A stretch of 63,093 nt of DNA, counting the filler, from Octopus bimaculoides (lineage: Eukaryota), in assembly GCF_001194135.2 (NCBI RefSeq). It is 5 parts of 5 records of this genome, joined end to end, with 100 filler letters (N's around TTAATTAATTAA, not from the genome) between each part and the next. Parts side by side here need not be neighbours in the genome. Positions count along the whole stretch, not along the records: positions 49,841 to 53,473 come from NC_069002.1; positions 53,574 to 63,093 come from NC_069004.1; 3 more parts are not named here. One strand, written 5' to 3'. Shown here in pieces: positions 51,988 through 63,093 of the stretch; positions within the stretch are counted from its first letter, which is position 1, and the number at the start of each line of letters is the position of its first letter. The notes beneath the pieces are model-generated. The model made no database searches. It had not been told where the DNA came from and saw nothing but the letters and a program-made list of their open reading frames with translations. The translations under genes were made by a program, and so were the position numbers.

Positions 51988-52207
51988 AAACTGGGGTATG
52001 TTATTTCGTTTCCTTTTTTAAACCTCAAACAGTTCACCATTTATCAATCGTAATAAACTTGAGTTTATAACTGAACTAGTTATCGAATTTGATGGTTTAT
52101 AAGACGTGGTTTCCCCCAAACAATGTCTCAAAAAATCCCACCTCGGGTCCTTTATGTAAAGTTGAGCTCATATTACATACTTTAATGCACTAAAAACTTT
52201 TTTTTAC

Positions 52208-52259
52208 ACCTGAATATGTGTTGCTGACTTTCGGATATGTCAGTAACACATATTCAGGT
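52208..52259 (+). other. 21-bp stem hairpin downstream of the CD225-like ORF
   Basis: ACCTGAATATGTGTTGCTGAC-TTTCGGATAT-GTCAGTAACACATATTCAGGT: 20 Watson-Crick pairs and one G.U on the + strand. Confidence 0.9.
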
Positions 52260-53430
52260 AACATCTTTTGTGCCATCAAATTAATTATATCCATGTTAAT
52301 TGAGTTTTAATTATACCCACGTTAAATATACTAATCTGAAAACAGCATCACAAAAGCGACAGACTTAAAGATCAAGTCTTTAAAAAGGACTGAATTAGAA
52401 ACAATGAACGCACCTAATAATTAGTGCCAGCTAATTATAGTGTGAGGCAGTGAAATAACAAACAAAAGCAAATACAACAAATGGAAAAAAAACTCAAAAC
52501 CTACGAAAGAATTCGAAAGTTTATATTTATTTCAGATGTGATGGAACTTTCAGCGGAGTTTTGGAATTTTGGGGAAATTATATTTTCCAAAACTGTAATT
52601 TCTGTGTATAAAAATAAAGGAACACTAAACTGTGGACCTGGGGGCTCCCCACACCACATAAATAAATGAGGAGAGGGGAGGGAAGTTACCCCTTCCGCAA
52701 AAGACTCCTTCCCTTTCTCGTGCTGTGTGGGATTTCGAAGGACAGATGTTCCAAAAACTCCACCGAACTTTTATTTATTTATGTGTTTTGTAATTGTAAA
52801 ATAAATAAATAATTGGTCAATTGATTTGTAAACAAAAATCGATATATTAACAAAGATGCCAGTTTTTCTTTAATAATTAAAAAAATTTCCATTTTTAAGT
52901 ATGAAAATCAAATTCCATTTATAAGCTACCTGTAGCAGTCAATGACTTCTATATCTTATACCTGCATTTAAACACTGGAATTTCCATCAACCATAAGTGA
53001 TGGGCTTCACACCAATTAAAAGGACCCCTTCGAGCCACACACTCAGGCATGCTTACAGAATTATAACCCCCTACCGACTTTGTTTCCTCATAACTTTCAG
53101 AAAAAATGATATTTTCTAATGAAATTTTCTTCAAATACCTTTCAAATGGTGCAGGTTACAATTATATCGGAATTCAATGTGGGGGGGGAAATGGTGGGCG
53201 CGAACTCATGCAGACTGACACACATCGCAATATATCTTTTCAACCAACACGTTGAAATGTAACTCCCTTCTGGGGGGAAATTCTTCCCTGATAAAATACC
53301 CAATTAACTAGTTTCAATATGAAAATTTTAATTAATTTAATTTATTTTGTTGTGTCTGGGGAGAGTCATTTTCTTATCGTGCCTTAAAATTTAACACTCA
53401 CCGTTAAAATTTCCACTTGTTTCTTATTTT

Positions 53431-53468
53431 CCTAAAATTTTCGTTGTGTCTTGCAACCTTTTCAATAG
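53431..53468 (-). ncRNA. Minimal type-I hammerhead-like motif with U3-A8 core, third family
   Basis: Minus strand CUA UUGAAAA G GUUGC-AAGAC-ACAAC GAAAA UUU UAG(G). Palindromic AAAAUUUU. Confidence 0.5.
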
Positions 53469-53639
53469 TGTTGNNNNNNNNNNNNNNNNNNNNNNNNNNN
53501 NNNNNNNNNNNNNNNNNTTAATTAATTAANNNNNNNNNNNNNNNNNNNNNNNNNNNNNNNNNNNNNNNNNNNNCTTCACATTTTAAGACATTTTCAAGGG
53601 AGACATTTATTAATTTGAAAGAAGTACGAAACCCTAATT

Positions 53640-53995
53640 TACTTCAAATTAGGGTCCTCTAACTTCAATGCAACTGTTGCAGCAGTTCAGCCACTTTGTA
53701 AAGATGCCATGGAGGTCTTCCAAGAGAAGGTGTCCAGGATCCTTGCCATAGCCTCCTTCACATTCAAAACGACTGCTCCTGTGGCTCTCCTTCGGCTTGG
53801 AGAACACCCAAGAGTCACAAGGAACAGGATGTGGAGGGAGAGTGAGGGGCAATTTGTGTGCCTTTCTCTGTCAAGTAGTCGGTAACTCGTCGCTGAGCAG
53901 CCTGGGAACGAATTTTGCACAAATTATTCTCATGTTCAGATCTTCACCAATAATTCTGGGCGCAATTGGCACAACGACACCAAACTGTATACGTA
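53640..53995 (-). mobile_element. Internally deleted mariner transposase remnant
   Basis: GEDLNMRIICAKFVPRLLSDE (WVP-type motif) fused to ..PHPVPCDSWVFSKPKESHRSSRFE..LEDLHGIFTKWLNCCNSCIEVRGP*FE (mariner C-terminus). Confidence 0.8.
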
Positions 53996-54006
53996 ATGTC
54001 TTTATA

Positions 54007-54369
54007 GGCGCAGGAGTGGCTGTGTGGTAAGTAGCATGCTTACCAACCACATGGTTCGGGGTTCAGTCCCACTGCGTAGCAACTTGGGCAAGTGTCTCCT
54101 ACTATAACCTCGGGTCGACCAAAGCTTTGTGAGTGGATTTGGTAGACGGAAACTGAAAGAAGCCCGTCGTATATATGTATATGTATATATATGTGTGTGT
54201 GTGTGCTTGTGTGTCTGTGTTAGTCACCCCAGCATCGCTTGACAACCGATGCTGGTGTTTACATCCCCGTAACATAGTGGTTCGTCAAAAGAACCGATAG
54301 AATAAGTACTAGGCTTACAAAGAACAAGTCCTGGGGTCGATTTGCTCGACTAAAGGCGGTGCTCCAGCA
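54007..54369 (+). mobile_element. tRNA-derived SINE, family A
   Basis: Collinear with 36901-37329; abuts the mariner remnant. Confidence 0.9.
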
Positions 54370-54424
54370 CGGATTGTTAATGATTCTCTCAGTTCGCCAC
54401 TTTAATAATACTAATGATAATTAA

Positions 54425-54502
<78 letters not shown>

Positions 54503-55029
54503 CATTATTATTATTGAAGGCAGCGAGCTAGCAGAATCGTTAGTACGCCGGGCGAAATGCTTAGCGGTATTTCATCTGTTTTCGGGCTCTGAGTTGAAAA
54601 TCCGCCGAGGTCAACTTTGGCTTTCATCATTTCGGGGTCGATGAAATAAGTACCAGTCAACCGCTGGGGTTGACGTGAAAGGGTGTATTGTCATATATAC
54701 GTACATACATCAATGCATATGCGTACATCTTTTTTGTATGTACGTGTGCATGTGAGGGAGAGAGTGTGTGTGTGCGTGTGTGAGTGAGTGAACGTGTATG
54801 TTCTCATGTATGTGTAAGAGGCACCCCCCTCTCTCTCTCACACACACGTCTATTTCATATATATGTTCATACATCTTTCACTTTCTCCTCTCTTTCACTT
54901 TAATACAAAAGTAACAGGTGATTTTCAGGATAAAAATTGTTAAAAAAAAAGAAGCTTCTACTCATGAAAATTGATTACTATCATTTGGATAGTTCCAATT
55001 AAATGAGGCCAGAAGTTTGGTTAAATATT

Positions 55030-55401
55030 GTTGGCACTCCGTCGCTTACGACGTCGAGGGTTCCAGTTGATCCGATCAACGGAACAGCCTGCTCGTGAAA
55101 TTAACGTGCAAATGGCTGAGCACTCCACAGACACGTGTACCCTTAACGTAGTTCTCGGGGTTATTCAGCGTGACACAGTGTGACAAGGTTGACACTTTGA
55201 ATTACAGGCACAACAGAAACAGGAAGTAAGAGTGAGAGAAAGTTGTGGTGAAAGAGTACAGCAGGGTTCGCCACCATCCCCTGCCGGAGCCTCGTGGAGC
55301 TTTCGCTCAATAAACACTCACAACGCTCGGTCTGGGAACCGAAACCGCGATCCTATGACCGCTAGTCCGCTGCCCTAACCACTGGGCCATTGCGCCTCCA
55401 C
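55030..55401 (-). mobile_element. tRNA-derived SINE, family B
   Basis: Near-identical to 21718-22098. TSD GGTTAAATAT at 55019-55028 and 55404-55413. Confidence 0.9.
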
Positions 55402-56844
55402 TAGGTTAAATATATATACATGCATAAGTACAGTGAATTCCCATTCTACAAACTGGCAAGCAATTCTGTGAATACTTTACTGAGCAAGGCTGGGTAGTAA
55501 GTCAAGTTATTATTAAACAGAAATACAGAGTAACCGTGACGTGACTTTTACCAGCAGCGACAACAAAATACTAACAAATAAATTTGAAAGCTATTATTTG
55601 AAACAAATATGGAAGCAGCAGAAGGAATCCTAAAATATTACTTTGAAGAGTTGCCAAATAGTGGTCATTTAGATAGGTGGATATGTCTAATGATCGAGAC
55701 GAAACTTGTTAGATATCCACCGATACATTTTGATATCCTTCTGAACATGAATTTATTCCCAAGTAAAATAAAAAATAAAAAAAACAATTTTATTCTGTTT
55801 GTTTGTTTTTCTGATGACAGTATCCATAGAATTATGAAATATTGATGTGCTACGCTATTATATGAAATGTCATACATAAGTCATAAATGAAGATGCATAA
55901 AATAAATTAATGAACTTTGTAACAGGGAAAATATCTGGGAAGATAATCAGCTTTTATTTTCATAGGAAAACATATTTAGGGAAAATAAAAACAGGCTAGA
56001 ATTTCATATTTGTATTGAGATACATGACCGAGGCTATGAGTGAGGGCGCGCGTATTTGCACATTTGCTTATACATTATGCACTCACCCATCTATAAATGT
56101 GTATGTCTGTATATGAATATATATATATGTACGTATATATGTATGCATGAATANNNNNNNNNNNNNNNNNNNNNNNNNNNNNNNNNNNNNNNNNNNNNNN
56201 NNNNNNNNNNNNNNNNNNNNNNNNNNNNNNNNNNNNNNNNNNNNNNNNNNNNNNNNNNNNNNNNNNNNNNNNNNNNNNNNNNNNNNNNNNNNNNNNNNNN
56301 NNNNNNNNNNNNNNNNNNNNNNNNNNNNNNNNNNNNNNNNNNNNNNNNNNNNNNNNNNNNNNNNNNNNNNNNNNNNNNNNNNNNNNNNNNNNNNNNNNNN
56401 NNNNNNNNNNNNNNNNNNNNNNNNNNNNNNNNNNNNNNNNNNNNNNNNNNNNNNNNNNNNNNNNNNNNNNNNNNNNNNNNNNNNNNNNNNNNNNNNNNNN
56501 NNNNNNNNNNNNNNNNNNNNNNNNNNNNNNNNNNNNNNNNNNNNNNNNNNNNNNNNNNNNNNNNNNNNNNNNNNNNNNNNNNNNNNNNNNNNNNNNNNNN
56601 NNNNNNNNNNNNNNNNNNNNNNNNNNNNNNNNNNNNNNNNNNNNNNNNNNNNNNNNNNNNNNNNNNNNNNNNNNNNNNNNNNNNNNNNNNNNNNNNNNNN
56701 NNNNNNNNNNNNNNNNNNNNNNNNNNNNNNNNNNNNNNNNNNNNNNNNNNNNNNNNNNNNNNNNNNNNNNNNNNNNNNNNNNNNNNNNNNNNNNNTATAT
56801 ATAAATATATATGCCCATTTCCCTCTAGATCCTTGTGTTATCGA

Positions 56845-57250
56845 TCCAGCTGGACCAGCGTCAATGGCTGGTCCTCTTCTTAGTGGTTGGTGGCAGTCTG
56901 AGTATCAGGAAGTCTTGGTGGAACTGCGGCACAACATAGTTATTGCATGGTTTTCTGATTCGAAGGCCAAACCACTTCAAGATCTTCCGTTTCAGTATCT
57001 ACCACAGTAATGATTATCATTTGAAAATCTTTTATTTACGTCTCGTAATGATAACATTACTATGGACTGCTAACACCACATTTCAAAAACCTCTAGTCTG
57101 CATGTGTATTCAAATTTTAGAGTCTGCGTTTCCGAAGCGTCTGTTGCAATTAGAAAAATAAAACCTAATTTTGAACAGGTGCTGACATCCTATTTACTCT
57201 CGATGGTATTTCATAGTCTTTCAAGCGTTCTACATGTTATTGTTCCACAC
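56845..57250 (-). mobile_element. RTE-clade LINE 3' fragment, decayed (may extend to ~57645)
   Basis: FLIATDASETQTLK..RLEVFEMWC..RKILKWFG..KKRTS..RWSSWID (cf. IATYGSETWTL..RLEAFEMWC..LKWFGH..RGRP..RW.D). Confidence 0.7.
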
Positions 57251-58582
57251 ATTTTCAGAGCATCTGGTCTAATCTATTTAGTATTATACCATTGAGAAAG
57301 AAGCTTTTTTTACGTCTTCTTCAGAACTATACAGTGTATAGTTTCTTCACAAGAAACCTGCCTGCTCCAGATAGTGCTTCATAGGCTTTCAAACGCTCCT
57401 CTAGATTCTGCCGCAACTTTCATTTTGTGGTCCTTTGATCTATCTGATACTATATTGCCCAGGAACAACAAGCTTTGTGATATCTTCTTCAGAATCATTT
57501 AGTCTAATCATTTCTTCTCTTGGATCCTGCCTACACTAGATCGTATTTCTCAATCAACCAACCGCTCCAGGTGCTAGTCAGATCTGCATTTTCAGGCCTT
57601 CTGATCTATTTAGCACTGTGCTACCGAAGAACACAAACATTGTGAGGTGATTTTCTTCTTCTTCTTCTTCTTCTTCTTCTTCTTCTTCTTCTTCTTCTTC
57701 TTCTTCTTCTTCTTCTTCNNNNNNNNNNNNNNNNNNNNNNNNNNNNNNNNNNNNNNNNNNNNNNNNNNNNNNNNNNNNNNNNNNNNNNNNNNNNNNNNNN
57801 NNNNNNNNNNNNNNNNNNNNNNNNNNNNNNNNNNNNNNNNNNNNNNNNNNNNNNNNNNNNNNNNNNNNNNNNNNNNNNNNNNNNNNNNNNNNNNNNNNNN
57901 NNNNNNNNNNNNNNNNNNNNNNNNNNNNNNNNNNNNNNNNNNNNNNNNNNNNNNNNNNNNNNNNNNNNNNNNNNNNNNNNNNNNNNNNNNNNNNNNNNNN
58001 NNNNNNNNNNNNNNNNNNNNNNNNNNNNNNNNNNNNNNNNNNNNNNNNNNNNNNNNNNNNNNNNNNNNNNNNNNNNNNNNNNNNNNNNNNNNNNNNNNNN
58101 NNNNNNNNNNNNNNNNNNNNNNNNNNNNNNNNNNNNNNNNNNNNNNNNNNNNNNNNNNNNNNNNNNNNNNNNNNNNNNNNNNNNNNNNNNNNNNNNNNNN
58201 NNNNNNNNNNNNNNNNNNNNNNNNNNNNNNNNNNNNNNNNNNNNNNNNNNNNNNNNNNNNNNNNNNNNNNNNNNNNNNNNNNNNNNNNNNNNNNNNNNNN
58301 NNNNNNNNNNNNNNNNNNNNNNNNNNNNNNNNNNNNNNNNNNNNNNNNNNNNNNNNNNNNNNNNNNNNNNNNNNNNNNNNNNNNNNNNNNNNNNNNNNNN
58401 NNNNNNNNNNNNNNNNNNNNNNNNNNNNNNNNNNNNNNNNNNNNNNNNNNNNNNNNNNNNNNNNNNNNNNNNNNNNNNNNNNNNNNNNNNNNNNNNNNNN
58501 NNNNNNNNNNNNNNNNNNNNNNNNNNNNNNNNNNNNNNNNNNNNNNNNNNNNNNNNNNNNNATAATAATAATAATAATGATG

Positions 58583-58665
<83 letters not shown>

Positions 58666-58824
58666 TCTTCTTTTAATTTTGACTCTATATCTTCAGGAGA
58701 AGTTACCTCAATCCTTTCTATGTTAACCAAAATGAAGTAGATTGACAAAATTATTTTTTGAACCAGTTGAAGACACACAAGATGTCGAAATATCGTTCAC
58801 TAGATAACAAATGGCATTCTTCTT

Positions 58825-58885
<61 letters not shown>

Positions 58886-60089
58886 TCATACCACCAGCAC
58901 CAGCACCAGCACCACCACATTAGATCCGTTAATACGTACCCTTGAATATTTCTTATATCACAATTAGTACCTCAGATGATAACTGTTAATTCTTTAATTT
59001 ATCTTTAAACCATAATCTATGAAATCCTCTCATATTTAATAGTAACTCTTATTCGTAAATAATTTAACATTCAACTGGTTTCTCCATTCACGACTATCTA
59101 CACTCTCATATCCCCATAGCTAAAAATATTTCTACAGCCACTGACCTTAGCCATAACACGGACACACATACTACTAGATTTTCTCTGGTACTGGCACCTA
59201 CTATTCTCGTTGAATCCCTTTCATTTTACTTTATTTCGTATTTTAAACGTTATCTTCTTTTACCTCCTCCTCTTTCCATATTTACCCTTATATATTTATT
59301 CATTAATCTTCTTGTTATTTTTAAATATTATATTTTTATATAATATCCTTCATACCAATCCTTGCTTTCCTCCTCCACTTTCTGTACCTCCTACTTCCCT
59401 ACCAATACCTTCCTCTCTATCTATTATTCTTTCTCTTCATCCCTTAATAGCCACCTTCGCTCTCATTCTCTCACGAACCTTCGATACGTTTGCGTTTATC
59501 TCTAGATACTTACACTATTAAGGGTATAACCATACATGGATTTACACAGGATTGCACTTAAGGACTTATGGACTAACATCTACACCATCGGAAAGTTGAA
59601 CAGTGAACTTTTGTGCCTCTTTTTTCTTTTTTTCTTTATTTCTTTATTCCTTTTCTCCTGTCCTCTATGTCATCGTTTCATTAATCTATACCTTTCACAT
59701 TTTCCCTATTTGTCTCCAATGACGGAATATCCCATACTTTGGGATATCCCAGAAACAGGTGTAAGACTTTAAATTTTTCCAGTAATAATGACGTATATGA
59801 CTTGAGATATTTGTCTTGCCTTAGCGTTTGTTGTCCTCTTTAACAATTATATATCCACTGCACCTGAAATCTGCAATGGCTCCATAATTCCCGTCTCGGA
59901 TATGACATTGGAACCCTGGTAATCCGTTATAACACTTACCCAGCGCATCTAGTCGCTGGAGAACTACATTATGTGGAAACAATTGTAGTGGTTAAAAATA
60001 AATGTCCAACCATACTCCTTCTTTTTGACTCCAATGTTTCAATTACACACACACACACACATACACACACACACACACACACACAAATA

Positions 60090-60150
<61 letters not shown>

Positions 60151-61534
60151 GTATGCATATATGCATGTATATATGTATGTATATGATATACATAAATATA
60201 GTAAAGATCCACACACGCCCATATCCTGAAGAGCGATGGGTTCCGCTTGAATGAAAATGCATAACACAAGCTGTATGTTACCACGGCACCCCTACGACTC
60301 CCACAGGAGTTGGTGACCTAATCGAGCAAAGGAAAACACACACACACACACACACGTCCCCCCCCCGCGCACACACAACACACGTACGCACACGCACACA
60401 TACACACACACCAACGTAGCACACATGCACACGTATATACATATGCATATGTTCCGTACACTCATATATATACATATATATATATATGACAAACTCATAT
60501 ATACACATACACGCATGCATACACTCATGCACACACATACACACGCACATATATACATATACATTCATATGCACACACGTACATACACACGCAAGCACAC
60601 ACACGTATACGTAAATATACTCATATACACACTTATATATATGTCAAAGAATAGACTAGGGATCGAACCTAATACGAAGCATCTCGAGGGGGAGACATGC
60701 ACAACATCTGGTGATGGCACGTACATCTCATTGAATGTGTATATTTACATTTCTGCAAATCATAAATTGGCAGCAGCCGCCATGTTGTCCAGATTGCCGA
60801 ATTGAAGAGAACAGGTGGCGGGGTTGGGCGGGTGAGTGGTTTTGATAGTCAGGCTAGACCGGTATGTGGGGAGACATATGGTTGGGTCGGGTAATCTCGT
60901 GCAGATGCTCCTATGCGCTTATATTGTTACTTCAGATGTCTTTGAGTATATTAAGGTTGTTTACTTTGTTTTACGTAAGAAAAACATTATGCTCCATGGG
61001 GTTTTTTATGGCATTTTTCTACCACACCCCATGGTGTAGACATTTCTGATGTTCCGCTTATTGTTGTTATTATTGTTGTTGTTGATGATCAGACCTAAGG
61101 TAACCTTGATTGAAGATATCTACGTATTCCACTTATGACCATTCCATCATTTTCTCCATTTTTATTTTTATCAACATCTTTATTCTTTATACAGGTCGGG
61201 GGCGGGGAATGGCTGTGTGGTTAAGAAGCTAGCTTTGCAACCACGACGTACTTTTGAGTTCAGTTCCATTGCATGGTACGCCCCATGGGAAAGTGTTTTA
61301 TACTATAGCCTCATGCCAATCAATGCTTTGTGGGTATTGAATTTGGTAGACAGAAACTATGTGGAAGCCCGTGGTATATATACCTATATATAATGAAAAT
61401 GATTATACAATTCCTGTTTCTTTGTCGTTTATTGAATTTCATATTACGCCCTGTACTCAACTAACACTCGATTCTGAAGCATCGTACGTATATTGAATTT
61501 TAACACTAGGTTTTCAGTATGGTCATAATTAAGT

Positions 61535-61600
<66 letters not shown>

Positions 61601-62095
61601 CGCACACACACGCACACACGCACATGTCTGTGTGTGTTTGTGCGTGTGTCTTTGTGTCTGTGTTTAGCAACCTATCGCTGCTTGACAACCGGTGTTCGGT
61701 TGTTTACGTCCACACAACTTGGCAATTCGGTAAAACAGTAGAATAGATGTCAGACTTAAAAAAAAACAACAACTCATAAGTACGGGGGTCGATTTGTTCA
61801 TCTANNNNNNNNNNTTAAAAAAAAAAAAACACCTCATAAGTACGGGGGTCAATTTGTTCATCTAAGACCCTTGAAAGTGATGCCCCAGTATGGCCACAGT
61901 ACAGTGGCTGAGACAAGTAAAATATAATAGACATCATATCTACGATTATATTAACCTGTTGATTGAACTAATTAAGACGCTAAGGTGTGGATTGGGAAAT
62001 ATTTCGCTGCTATTTCTAACAAGTCGTTCACACTATGATTGAATAAGATCCATCCGTGACAAATTCATCTTTTCTTCAGATAGAGTTTATGTTTT

Positions 62096-62324
62096 TGGCA
62101 CTCCGTCGCTTACGACGTCGATGGTTCCAGTCGATTCGATNNNNNNNNNNAGAAAGTGGTGGTGGAAGAGTACAGCAGGGTTCGCCACCATCCCCTGCCG
62201 GAGCCTCGTGGAGCTTTAGGTGTTTTCGATCAGTAAACACTCACAACGCCCGGTCTGGGAATCGAAACCGCGATCCTATGACCGCGAGTCCGCTTCCCTA
62301 ACCACTGGGCCATTGCGCCTCCAC
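62096..62324 (-). mobile_element. tRNA-derived SINE, family B (collapsed by a gap)
   Basis: Same head and tail as other family-B copies. TSD AGAGTTTAT at 62082-62090 and 62325-62333. Confidence 0.85.
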
Positions 62325-63093
62325 AGAGTTTATATTCACAACACATCATCTCGTGTGTCCCTCTACTTTTAGTGACAAAAAGATGTAATTTAAATGAAAT
62401 CTGGTTGCTATTTCTCGCAGATCAGTCTACCACATATGGGTTTTTTCACCGTTGTTGTCATTCAGCCCCAAGCCTATCTCGACTTCCTTTCACCTGAGGA
62501 CGATGCTTAAATTCTGCTTTATTTTGGAAAATTTTCTTGCGTTTTGCATTAATGTAGACATGTAAGTAATTCACTTATTGAAAATGATAATATAAATTGT
62601 TTACTTGTTTTTAAAGATAAGTACTAGTTGAGCACTTCGGTTGATGAAATCGACTAAACACCCCTCCCCGAAAATTTCAGGCCTTGTGCCTATAATAGAA
62701 AGGATGATTTAAAGTGGCGAGTTGGCAGAGTCTTTACGGCACCGAACAAAAATGCTTTGTGGCGTTTTGTCCGTCTTTATGTTCTGATTTTAAATTCCTT
62801 CGAGATCAACTTTGCCTTTCATCCTTTCGACGTCGATAAAATAAGTAGGAATCGAGCCCTGGGGTCAATGTAATTGACCTGTCCGCGACCTCCAAAATTC
62901 CAGGTCTTGTACCTATACTTTCTTTACTCTTTTACTTGTTTCAGTCATTTGACTGTGGCCATGCTGGAGCACCGACTTTTGTGGAGCAAATCGACCCCGG
63001 GACTTATTGTTTGTAAGCCTAGTACTTATTCTATCGGTCTCTTTTGCCGAACTGCTAAGTTACGGGGACGTAAACACACCAGCATCGGTTGTC

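Overview
AT-rich, gap-ridden animal genomic scaffold. The SINE families, the (TA)n/(CA)n/(CATA)n/(AAT)n microsatellite load and the TTAGGG repeats suggest a coleoid cephalopod, most likely Octopus; this is inferred from repeat recognition, not a database search. Only one convincing protein-coding ORF is present: an intronless 288-aa protein (51121-51987, +) with a long disordered N-terminus and a C-terminal CD225/dispanin-like membrane domain. Nearly all other ORF-track entries are microsatellite or N-gap artefacts. The rest of the window is repeats: at least five SINE-like families, decayed LINE fragments (R4/Dong-like with RLE, RTE-like), three Penelope-like element (PLE) fragments, mariner remnants and MITEs, an ~840-bp foldback element and a ~3.2-kb degenerate interstitial (TTAGGG)n array with higher-order structure. 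The most interesting signal is three different families of minimal type-I hammerhead-ribozyme-like motifs with palindromic stem III (the PLE-type dimer-cleaving architecture). One family sits inside a tRNA-headed SINE present in two copies; another carries a compensatory U3-A8 core. Four 100-bp gaps contain an artificial TTAATTAATTAA spacer, so adjacency across them is uncertain.
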